From Octopus sinensis (lineage: Eukaryota), in assembly GCF_006345805.1 (NCBI RefSeq), contig NC_043001.1, positions 127,906,001 to 127,970,000 of the forward strand: a DNA stretch of 64,000 nt. The letters run 5' to 3'. A program made the translations under genes and the position numbers. The notes under the pieces are model-generated. The model was given only the letters and a program-made list of their open reading frames with translations, had not been told where the DNA came from and searched no databases. This document shows, piece after piece, positions 53,560 through 64,000 of this stretch (its first letter is position 1; every line of letters starts with the position of its first letter).

Positions 53560-54960
53560 TGGTGCTTTTGTGATTGAGACATTTTCTTAAAAAAATAACT
53601 GTGACCTGATTACCCAAATGCAGCAAAATTTTTCTTTGCTTTTTACTGCATTGATGTGTTCAGTTACAATATGATTTTGTTATAGGTAGATAACTTCAGA
53701 TTGACTAGTTCAGCATTGGTAAAGAAACTATCATGACATATATGAATGGTCTAAATAGATGAAAATTTTCAGTCTATTAGTTAGGCTATAGTGAACTGTT
53801 CTTACCATTCTGCATTGAAGCATGATGCAACACTAGTCATTTCAGATTATATCATGCAAAGTATACTGCATGTTGATTTAAATTTTCATCCTTATAAGAA
53901 ATAATTCTATACGATTGATAAAGGTAGAAGATTTTTGTTGAAAACATGCTTGTGATGTGCATGGTTCTTCTTATGAGTGATGAAGTACATTTTCATCTGT
54001 ATGCACGTAAAAAGCACCATCCGATCATGGCCGTTTGCCAGCCTCATCTGGCATCTGTGCCGGTGGCACATAAAAAGCACCCACTACACTCATGGAGTGG
54101 TTGGCGTTAGGAAGGGCATCAAGCTGTAGAAAAACTGCCAGATGAGACTGGGCCTGGTGCAGCCTTCTGGCTTCCCAGACCCCAGTTAAACCGTCCAATC
54201 CATGCTAGCATGGAAAGCGGACGTTAAACGATGATGATGATGATGCTTGCATAAATAAGCAAAACTTCCAAACTTCTGCTGGACATCATTTCACAACAAA
54301 TTAATCTGTACTCTGTTGTGTCTGGGGAGAGTCATTTTCAACACACGAACTCATATAAAGAATCTTGCAAACCAAATCCAAAGACGAAATATTAATCTGT
54401 ACTCTTTTCACTGAAAATATTTATCAGTGTAGTAATGTGTGGCAAACTTTGGCATGATAGACTTATTCTTCTTTGAAGAGGTCAGATATGCAATATCTGA
54501 TTACATTCTGATTGTTACATGTTCATGCTGCTCAACTTCCTTACCTCAGGATTGAACAAATGTGACATTAATATATAACATAAGATGGAGCACCCACCTA
54601 TACAACGAAGGCTTCCATGGAATTATTAAGAAAGTGTTTACCAACTATGTCATTTCTGAACTTGGTGACATATTATGACTTTTTAATTGCCTGATATTTC
54701 TTTCAGTTTTTGGCCAATGTTATTTTCAAGATGATATAAATAGTTAATTATGTGTTGCTAATAGGTTTATAAATGGTACACATTGCTTTGAATGTTTATA
54801 CGATAAGGTGGTTGCTAATGTCTTCTATTTGTAATATTCATTAAAACCATCAAATTTTTCTGCTGGACATTGTATGAGCTGTTACATATGGATTAGTAAC
54901 AGGGATCAGATGTAGTCTCAGGCAAGTTGACATTCGGAAGATTAAATATAATGAAAAGAA
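53560..54960 (+). mobile_element. Highly degenerate Tc1/mariner-superfamily transposase remnant interrupted by SINE C
   Basis: Scattered motifs FHPYK, SDEVHFHL, NKQN, LFFFEE and QDGAP in the expected order. Confidence 0.55.
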
Positions 54961-55015
54961 ATTGTGATATTGTATACAGTTATTAAATAAATCAAATATT
55001 CTTATTTAATTTCAG

Positions 55016-55100
55016 AGTAACAAGAGCTGACTATTTGAATACATTTGAATTTATTGATAAAATTGCTGAAAATCTGAAAACTCTGATGACTTCCATATGA
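55016..55100 (+). CDS. IDH1: IDH1 coding exon 12 ([28 protein letters not shown])
   Basis: tttcag|A GTA ACA...TCC ATA TGA; matches human [21 protein letters not shown]. Confidence 0.96.
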
Positions 55101-55139
55101 CTCGGCAGATTTAAGCCAATAACTGAGAGTAAATTATGA
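55101..55139 (+). CDS. IDH1: Putative in-frame readthrough extension LGRFKPITESKL* (cryptic PTS1)
   Basis: After TGA: CTC GGC AGA TTT AAG CCA ATA ACT GAG AGT AAA TTA TGA. The sequence is directly seen; its translation is inferred. Confidence 0.7.
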   Translation, partial: LGRFKPITESKL

Positions 55140-55360
55140 CTTTTAAGCACTATAGCTTATAAGCATGCAAAGGTCTTTTTTTTTAATCCTCCCTTTTTAA
55201 CTTTCTAGCATTTTCTATTCATTCTGTACGGTTTTAATGAAAATAAGGGCTCATCAAACCAATCAATGCTAGCCTATATTAAAAAAATTTTTTATCTGAA
55301 ATTCTTATAAAAAATCCTGCAGGTAATCTATAAATACTAACGTTTTGTGAATATTTTTGA

Positions 55361-55366
55361 AATAAA
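55361..55366 (+). promoter_or_regulatory. Candidate polyadenylation signal of IDH1
   Basis: AATAAA 260 nt after the stop, followed by T/GT-rich sequence. Confidence 0.55.
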
Positions 55367-55788
55367 GAATTTTGGTATCTTTTGGGAATTTGTGTTTGTT
55401 TTGTTAGCATGCTAGACAAAATCCTTTGTAACATTTTGTGTGTCTTTGCATTCTGGGCTCAAATTCTGCCATGGTTAACTTTGCCTTTCATCCTTTTGGG
55501 GTGAAAGTCCCCTAACCCCAAATTTCAGTAGAAGGGATTATTATTAATGGTGGTGATCTGGCAGAATTGTTAGCAATTGGACGAAATGCTTAGCGGTTTT
55601 TCGCCCATCACTACATTCTGAGCTCACATTCCACCAAGGTTAACTTTACTTTTCATCCTTTTGGGGTTGATAAATTAAGCACCAGTGAAACACTGGGATT
55701 AATGTAATCAACTGGTTCCCTCCCCCAAAATTTCAGGCCTTGTGTCTATAGTAGAAAGGATTATTATTATTATTATTATTATTATTCA

Positions 55789-56058
55789 GTAATTTTTTTT
55801 TTATATCGTGCTTTCACTTCACTACCGAGCACAGCTCTGTGTGCCTTGGGTATGTGCTGTGTTTTGTTGTGATGCTCTGATGGTTACTGTATTGAAAGTG
55901 TTCTGCGTAGGATGTGTGCAGTGCCTAGTAGTGCAATTTTCTGTATGTTATATGTGTTTGTAAGTCCTGGTGTTTTTGTTATGTATTTGTCTGAATATTT
56001 TTTTATCGTGCCTAATGCACCTACTATGATAGGAATTGTTTCTGTTTTTAGATTCCAC
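55789..56058 (-). mobile_element. R4/Dong-clade LINE 3' fragment (younger)
   Basis: IPIIVGALGTI...IQKIALLGTAHILRRTL*; short 3' UTR and poly(A); (AAT)n on both sides. Confidence 0.85.
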
Positions 56059-56344
56059 ATTATTATTATTATTATTTCACTAGTGCATGCTAATTTAGTT
56101 AGTATTTTATCTTGAAGTTTGGTGGCAATAAGTCTCCTCAAATCTCAAGTATTTTTCTTAGGATTCTAGCAGAATACAGGATGATGCCTTTCTGCAGGCT
56201 GGCAATGCAAGTTTCAATACCAATTTCTTTCAACTGTTACTATGGGAATAATTGTTGTCTTGGTCTTCCACAGTTTCCTCAGCTCTCCAACTAGACCTTA
56301 GTATTTCTCAATTTTTGTCCATTTCTTTGGTATCAACTCTGCTT

Positions 56345-56720
56345 TCATAGGGGAAGCACTCCGTCGGTTACGACGACGAGGGTTCCGGTTGATCCGATCA
56401 ATGGAACAGCCTGCTCGTGAAATTAACGTGTAAGTGGCTGAGCACTCCACAGACACGTGTACCCTTAACGTAGTTCTCAGGGATATTCAGCGTGACACAG
56501 AGAGTGACAAGGCCGGCCCTTTGAAATACAGGTACAACAGAAACAGGAAGTAAGAGTGAGAGAAAGTTGTGGTGAAAGAGTACAGCAGGGATCACCACCA
56601 TCCCTGCTGGAGACTCGTGGAGCTTTTAGGTGTTTTCGCTCAATAAACACTCACAATGCCTGGTTGGGAATCGAAACTGCGAGTCTGCTGCCCTAACCAC
56701 TGGGCCATTGCGCCTCCACT
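56345..56720 (-). mobile_element. SINE family E (head GGAGGCGCAATGGCCCAGTGGTTAGGGCAGC on -)
   Basis: Shares about 170 bp with 52620-52900(-); inserted in the older R4/Dong element. Confidence 0.75.
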
Positions 56721-56928
56721 TCTGCTTTCATAGTTAATTACAAAATCTATGATCTTGCATTGTTTGTTTATTTTATCCTCTATAATCATTTCTGGTCTTC
56801 TTGCTTCAATAGTATGGTCAGTCTTTATGGTGAAGCTCCACAAGATCTATTAATTCTCATTTTTTATCACAGCCTCTGGTTTGTGTTCATACCACTTTTT
56901 TGTTGTTGTGAAATCACATACTCAACTA

Positions 56929-57940
56929 TCAGGCTGAGTAAAAAGTAAGCAACGTTTTGAAACATGAAATTTATCGCAATATATTTCAACGATGCAGAAA
57001 TTTTATTCATCAAAGTAAGTACCATTACAATCAGCACATTTTTGCCAATGAGTTCCAAGTTTGTTTATTTCGGTAACATAAAAATCTGGAGTTCTGGAGC
57101 TGACAAGCTTTTTGAGCGTATTGGTTTGATTTTGAACTCCTTCTTTTGCAATACATCACCAAAGAGTCACCATAACCTTCTTTTGAAGAGCTCAGGTTTA
57201 GGGAAGGTTTTCAGTGTTTCATTTTGGCCCAACCACTGTGAAGAACGTTTTTTATTTATTGAACTGAATCCATTTTTCATCGCAAGTTACAATACAGTTG
57301 AGAAATGGATTGGTCTGGTTATGGAAAAGAAGTGATGAGCAAATTTCATATCTGTGCATTTTCTGATTTTCATTCAAATCATGTGGTACTCATTTGCTGA
57401 GCTTTTTTGATTTTCCTATCACATACAAATGGTTGAAGGCAGTTTTCTAGCTAAATTGAAGTCTTTTGCCAGTTCTCAAGTGGTTTTACATGGTTCTTTC
57501 TCAATGACAGTCTTTAATTGACTGTCATCAGTGACAGATGGGCGTCCACTATGTGGGACACTGCCATAAGCCTTCCTGTAATCTATCCCTCCAACACAGT
57601 GGGGCTTGTGTATAGGAACTGCAACTGCAGCACACCCTATTTTCACTTGATATTATTGATAGCATTCAATATAATGAGTCCTTTTTTCTTTAATTCTTTC
57701 TTTATATTTGTACATTATATAATCCTTAAGCTTAATGTCAGTAGCCATCCCCTAGTTTATGAAAAAATTACAAAAATCCTTGTATAGAACTGTGCACTTC
57801 ACAGTTCCAGCAGCATGGTGTTTAGCTGTTGTGCGCATGCTCACATCTCCAAGATAGGAAGCTTCACACTAGGGAGAGAGAGCACTGCGTGAATAACATT
57901 GCTGGGTGAAAGGTAGTGTTTCTTTTTGACTCCGCATGTG
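56929..57940 (-). mobile_element. Internally deleted mariner
   Basis: HTH (GRPSVTDD) and R.SQWL..PKPEL are joined almost directly to the C-terminal WQKCADCNGTYFDE; most of the catalytic core is missing. TA|TCAGGCTGAGTAAAAAGT terminus. Confidence 0.75.
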
Positions 57941-59351
57941 TTGTGCTTAAAAACATGTTTATATTCTTGAATGTGATAAAGTGTAGAATTAGATTATTAT
58001 CCTGCTTCCAGCTTCAGTGTTGCTGCCAGGATTTGAAAAATATTTTCTGATTTAGGGGTAATTTTTGAAAAACAAGGGGAAATTCGCGGCAGTGTTCAGT
58101 GAACAAATTAAACACGCTACCTGGCAGTGGCTAAAACATGAACCTATCAGGTTTATGTATAAATTTTCTTTTTATATGTTTACTTCCTTTTACACAATAT
58201 CAAAACAACAGCTAAAATTTTTCTGAAGCAGAACCCCAACTAATTTTATCTATGAGTTGCCACTGCTCCAACAGCTAAACTCTTCTTCATTACTCGTACC
58301 TCATTTGATATTCTGCTGTCTATATATGACAGCTCAGCAGTTCCTCTTGATTTCTTCCTACATCCTTTTTGCTCTTCTGGCAGTAGGTTCTCCTTTTCCA
58401 GAAAACTATACACTTCATCTTCTAGTTAACAGTTTCCAGAATAATGGTAAGCAAGCAAAAAGTCTATTATTGGTGACTTTTCTTTGTCCTTCTGTATCAG
58501 CACTGTCCTTCCTTTTGTCATCCATGCTGGTGTTCCATTTTTTATGCAGTCAATTAAACACTCGTATATAGTTGGAGGTTTTTGAGTCAGAAATCCTGGA
58601 CACCATCTGGTCCAGGGGGCTTTCCACTTTGGTATTTCCTTAATTATCTCTTTCGCTTTCTTATCAGTGAATGCTATATCCTTTTGTGTTATTTCATTTT
58701 CCATTTCTCTTTTAAATTCTTGTAACCAGTCTGCTTTTATATTATGTTGGACTTCTTTGCTCCAGATTTCTACCCAGAACTTTTTTTGCTCCTTCAGTAT
58801 CTAGTATATCCTTTCTCCGATGCTTTTTTTTCATTGTTCAGTTATCTTTTATTTTGTTACAGTCAATTGACCATTATAACATTTTCTTTCATTGTTCTAG
58901 AAGAGTTTATTCTGCTAGTACTGATTTGTTCTTTGTTGGTATGTTTTTTTGGGGTTTTTTTTGATGCCTGACACTATTTTGATTTTTTATCTTGGTCCTT
59001 CTTTAACTGCTTGCAGTCCTTTCTGTCTTACACTGTGTTTCCTTTGCAGTTCACCTTCTCTATGATTGCATTTATCCATCCAAGATCTCTTTTGAGCAAT
59101 TCAGTTTGATTCTCAAGCCTTCGTTCCCTCCATAGGGCTTTGTCTTTTGTTTTTCTTTCATTTTTAACCCGAAGCATTTGCATAGCAACAGAGGCTGTGC
59201 TGTATATAAGGTCATTTTGATCAGTTATGTTTTTGATATAGATTTTCATTAACAGTTCATCCATGTTTTCCACTACTGTATATAGTCTTCCACTTTTGAT
59301 TCTGCCAGAGCTAGTAGCCTCTTTCTTTCACTGTTTGGTGCCTCATTCACC

Positions 59352-59390
<39 letters not shown>

Positions 59391-60309
59391 CTTCTTTCTT
59401 CTTCTGTATATATATGTATATGTATGTGTGTGTGTTTGTGTGTCTGTGTTTGTCCCCCTAGCATTGCTTGACAACCAATGCCGGTGTGTTTATGTCCCCG
59501 TCACTTAGCGGTTCGGCAAAAGAGATCGATAGATTAAGTACTGGGCTTACAAAGAATAAGTCCCGGGGTCGATTTGCTCAACTAAAGGCGGTGCTCCAGC
59601 ATGGCCGCAGTCAAATGACTGAAACAAGTAAAAGAGTAAAGAGTAAGAGAGTCTTTCTCTACACAAAGTAATATTTACCTTTATCTGGGGAAGCTGTTCC
59701 TTTTGTGGGGATCTATTGACCCCTCTGTTAATCCCTGTCCTTGTTCTTCATGTTCAGCATAGTCATGTCCACATTCATTCACTATTGTGGAGATCTCTAG
59801 TTCATTTGGTCTGAAAGTCTTTGTTTCATGATAGGGAACATATCTTTTTCTGTCCAAATTTTATGCATTCTTTTTTGATATCCAATTTTGGTAGGCTCTT
59901 TTCAGTACTTGCTCAGTCTTTCAAACATTCTCACCTGGGGCTGCAAAATCAATCAGAAGACAAATCCCTTCAATATGAGATCAGCTTGGTTTGCCTATAT
60001 TTCCCAATCAGTCTTAACACTGAAATTCCAAAGGATGGTAACCTCTGGGCAAATTGAAACAGCTTGTGTTTCCACCAATTGCTGTGTGTATGGTGAGTTT
60101 ATGTACAGAGCTGTTCTGTTGTGCTTTTGCAAGTATTCTGTTAGTGACAGTCTGCTGCAGTTCTATATTTGAGAGATGAGGAATTATGTACATCATTTAC
60201 ATTAGACAGATATTTGTCCTCATCTTGTTTATTGTTAACACATATGCTCTCCAGCCTTCTGGGTTCTCATTCCTAAGGTATTTTTCGTCATCATCATTAT
60301 TATTATTCA

Positions 60310-60381
60310 GGTCACTGCCTGGAATTGAACTCGGAATTTTGAGGTTAGTAGCCCACACTCTTAACCACTACGCCATATGCC
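60310..60381 (-). other. 72-nt tRNA-like Pol III head with (AAT)n tail (short SINE or tRNA pseudogene)
   Basis: A box TGGCGTAGTGG, B box GAGTTCAATTCC, anticodon-like loop CTACTAA; the acceptor stem does not pair. Confidence 0.65.
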
Positions 60382-60419
60382 TGTGGGCAATTATGGAGTG
60401 AATTTTAGGGCTTATAAAT

Positions 60420-61215
60420 CTAATATTTTCCTATCCTCCCTGAATATCAGTTCCCATATGCTACTCATATCTGCACCGGGTCTGCTTGGGAGGTTATTGT
60501 CCTGGCATATGTGCTGCTTCTTTTAGTTTTTGTATTTTCCAGTGGTGTTCTCTTCTCTGTCTATTATTTTAACTTCATCCCACAGGGGTAAGTGGTTTCC
60601 GTTTTGCCATACATGATCAGCTATACCCAATTTGTCAATATCTCCTCATGTCACAGCTTTGCAACGTTCCTCTACCCTTATTTTGAGGGGGCAGCATGTT
60701 CCACCTTTGCATAACCTACCACAGCTGCATGGGATGGAGTACATGCAGTCTTTGGTCATATTCTCTTCTATTGGTACTTTTACTCGAAGGCAATATTTGC
60801 GAAGTGTTGTATTACTTTTGAATACTGTCCCGATATCATATGGGCTGCATATTTTTTTATTCTTTTTGGAGAGGCTTTTCACATAGGATAGACAGAATGC
60901 GGTCAATTTATGGGTTTCATCCCCTTTTTTCTTCATAATTGGAGTGGATAGTATGTTTTTGGGGTAGTTCTGGCTTAAAAGATTGTTACTGGGCTACTTA
61001 TATTCTTTACTCAGTATTTTAGGCACTGAGCAATCCCTCTCTTTACACTGTATGTATGGTGGGAATTGAAGTTGAGGTATCGTCCAGTGAAAGTTGGCTT
61101 CCAGTATACAGATGTCCTGGATCCATATTTGGTGCGTGTTATTAATACATCCAGGAATGTTAGTTGATTGTCTTTTTCCATTTCCATTGTGAACTGTATG
61201 GATGGCTTTATTGAG
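60420..61215 (-). mobile_element. Penelope-like element fragment (RT C-terminus + GIY-YIG endonuclease)
   Basis: IQFTMEMEKDNQLTFLDV..VYWKPTFTGRYLNFNSHH, then MYSIPCSCG..GGT, IADHVW and LKEAAH. Confidence 0.88.
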
Positions 61216-61850
61216 TTCAAATGATCTAACAGTACTTGGACATCTTCCTGGTGGGGCCAGAGTACTTATGAGAGCTCAAAATCTCTTGTGGAAGCGCCAT
61301 CCAACCAAAATGCAAATATATGGGAAACTACCACCTGTGTCATCTCTTGAGGAGGGTAGGAGAGTCCAGTTTGCTGGACATTGTTGTAGAGCTGAAAAAG
61401 AGGTAATTTCTACTCTTCTCTTCTGGAAGCCATCTACTCGCAATACCAGAGGGTGCACACTCTCCTACACTGATGTAATCTCCAGGGATACAGGCATCCA
61501 GCAACAGGACCTCCGTAATGCTATGAAGGACCGTGAAGTCTGGCGTAGCATGGTAAATTCCATTGTCTCGACCACGGTCGAACAATGATGATGATGATGA
61601 CTCTGTTTAATAACATCACCTGGTTCTAGGGTGTCATTAGCAGAATTCACTATGTTGCAATCATTTATCTCGGGTCTCCAGTGTAAGGATAATTCCTCCC
61701 TTAACTTCCACCTACCTTAGAGGACCTGACAAAAAAACAAAAAATGCCATGGGCTGTGGCCTTCCCTCACTGACTAAATAGTAAATAGCGATATCACAGA
61801 CCTGACATGGGCACTTTACTATTTAAGGACCTGATTCATTCGAATCCTGA

Positions 61851-61884
<34 letters not shown>

Positions 61885-62435
61885 TCATCATTTAGTGTCC
61901 GCTTTCCATGCTAGCATGGGATGGACGGTTCAACTGGGGTCTGGGAAGCCAGAAGGCTGCACCAGGCTCAGTCTGATCTGGCAATGTTTCTACGGCTGGA
62001 TGCCCTTCCTAACGCCAACCACTCCGTGAGTGTAGTGGGTGCTTTTTACGTGCCACCGGCACAAGTGCCAGACGGGGCTGGCAAACGGCCATGGTCAGAT
62101 GGTGCTTTTTACGTGCCACTGGCACGGGGACCAGGCGAGGCTGGCAACGGCCACGATCGGATGGTGCTTTTTACGTGCCACCGGTATGGATAAATGAAAA
62201 GATGTATAAACAAATGGGAGACAAACAGAAAGTCCATAATTCTTCATCAGTTATTGACCAATTGGTACTGTTTAGTTTCGCACTTTTAATGATAAGACTG
62301 AGTGCTTCTTGATTGACGGTACACACAAAAAATATTTTCTTTCGCAGAATTAGGGAAAAGAGCAGATAAAATAGAACAAGACAAGCAAAATGACATAGAG
62401 TGTGATTTAGGACGGTGGACGAGGACAAGCAATCA

Positions 62436-62821
62436 GATGGGATGCCTTGCAATATTTGCCCATGGGGCCAGATAGATAATTAGATAGGTGATGGGCTTCC
62501 ACATAGTTTCTATCCACCAAATTTACCCACAAGGCATTGGGTTAACCCAGGGCTATAGTAGAAAACACCCAATGTACTGCATGAAAAAACATTCACTTAA
62601 ACATTGAAGGCTTGTTTCCAACAGGGGTCTTTGTTGGTCAGGGTTAGCTAGATATTTGTACTTGTATGCACAATACCAGGCAGTCTACTCTTTCCATGAT
62701 ACTGATATTGTCCAAGGAAATGGCTGTTGCTTTAGGGCTGATATAGCTTGGTATTAGTGTGATTATTGGCATTGCTGACAGAATGTAATGAATCAGGGCA
62801 AATATTGCAAGGCATCCCATC
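62436..62821. mobile_element. MITE-like element with perfect 26-bp inverted termini
   Basis: GATGGGATGCCTTGCAATATTTGCCC / GGGCAAATATTGCAAGGCATCCCATC; a SINE-B fragment lies inside; no clear TSD. Confidence 0.6.
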
Positions 62822-64000
62822 GGACTCTCTAAAAATTCTGCTAATCTACTATCCTGGATTGGTATTTCACATAGATATATGACACAACAGAGCTTCTATA
62901 TAGCCACTCAATCTGCTAGAAATGACAACCAAATTTTTCTCAAATAACACCTATTTAAAAAAAAAAGGAAAGATTAAGCCAAATTCCCATCACACAGCTG
63001 TCAAGTATGAACAAATATTATTTGGGAACATATTCCATACTTTTGATAATTATTTTAGGTGCCTTTTTAGTTGTGAGTAGACAGAAACACTTTCTTGACT
63101 CTCTTGCCTTTGATCCAGTAGAACATCCAGAATGAGACAGCTGGAGGGAGAAAGGGTCATAGGCACAGTAGGGTACAATGGAGCAAAGACGCAAAGAGTT
63201 ACTCACTCCAGGAATTTGAACCTACAGCCTTACGATTATTAACCAAACCCCGTAACCACAGCTTGCCATTAAAAAAACCCCCAAAACGCAATAACGCATT
63301 AGACAATGTAGTCTTGTAAACATTGTTCAGAAATAAGATAGAATAATCATAGCGGCATCGGTTTATCGTAAGTCTACTTGATCAAAACTGACCTTAACCA
63401 AAAAAATAACCATAATTACTGTTACTTGTTATTTCTTGATTTTCAACTTGGAATTTATAAATTAAATGGAAGGCCTTGAAGGGAATAATAGATGCTACTT
63501 ATCAGGAATATAAAACCCTGGAGTCTCGAGGGATGCATTCAAAGGTGTTAATTTCTCTTATTAAGAATCAATATTTTCTTATATTGACACAAGGTCACGA
63601 ATATGTTGGATATTTCCAGTACTTATCAATACATAACTAAGGATTTGGATCTTGACTGTGGAGGGATAAAATCTAAATAGGTGTTAACTCATTTAATCGC
63701 TCCCTCCACAGTAATTAACGAATTCTTGTAATCGTATATCGATATAAGGTACTTATTCCCCAGAATCCAGACGGATGAAAAAGCCAAGTTAATTAACCCT
63801 AGCAACTCTTGTAGAGAAGAAACTACCAGCAATAAAACATTTACTGAATCGCTCTCTCCTTGAAAATAAATGGTAGTAAAATAGATTTTATAAGATTTAA
63901 AAAAAAAATCATTTTGAGAGAAGGATATTACAGACTACAAGCAATCACTTCTCACTTTTATAGACATTTGAAAGTATTAAACAAGCAAACTACATATGAA

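Larger units (their letters stand above)
56077..59290 (-). mobile_element. Fragmented older R4/Dong-clade LINE
   Basis: LW.ERRLE (N-region), WKAP, WMTKGRTVLIQKDKEK (pre-RT), TDHTIEARRPE..IIDF (RLE nuclease), ELRKLWKTKTTIIPIV; (AAT)n tail; interrupted by a SINE and a mariner. Confidence 0.8.

Noticed and set aside
60310-60381. Functional tRNA-Ser(ACT)
   Set aside because: The acceptor stem fails to pair, there is no long variable arm, and it has an (AAT)n retro-tail.
63180-64000. Possible promoter or exon of a neighbouring gene
   Set aside because: Only degenerate SINE-like fragments and AT-rich DNA; no supportable ORF or motif.

Overview
AT-rich, repeat-dense animal genomic DNA. The SINE, MITE and microsatellite landscape suggests an octopus/cephalopod; this is inference from recalled repeat families. 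The only intact protein-coding gene is a cytosolic NADP-dependent isocitrate dehydrogenase (IDH1 orthologue) on the + strand. I reconstructed 12 coding exons by hand (14704-55100, all GT-AG introns, 1233 nt, 410 aa) with all catalytic and NADP-binding residues intact. The rest is decayed mobile DNA: mariner, maT and Tc1 transposons, TTAA- and hAT-type MITEs, a non-autonomous Helitron, Tx1/L1, CR1, RTE, R4/Dong and Penelope retroelement fragments, at least five SINE-like families, microsatellites, several long palindromes and an interstitial telomere-like array. Top finding: the annotated protein ends -TSI with no peroxisomal signal, but its stop lies in a readthrough-prone TGA-CT context. Reading through it adds X-LGRFKPITESKL*, a perfect PTS1, predicting a hidden peroxisomal IDH1 isoform made by readthrough (or by A-to-I editing of the stop). 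Other candidates are a telomere-repeat-cored foldback-like element upstream of the gene, (TA)n-anchored hairpins, a hammerhead-like motif in Penelope-type repeats, an IDH1/IDH2 hybrid intron pattern and tandem R4/Dong insertions. Repeat boundaries are approximate (about +/-20 bp) unless termini are quoted. No database searches were run.
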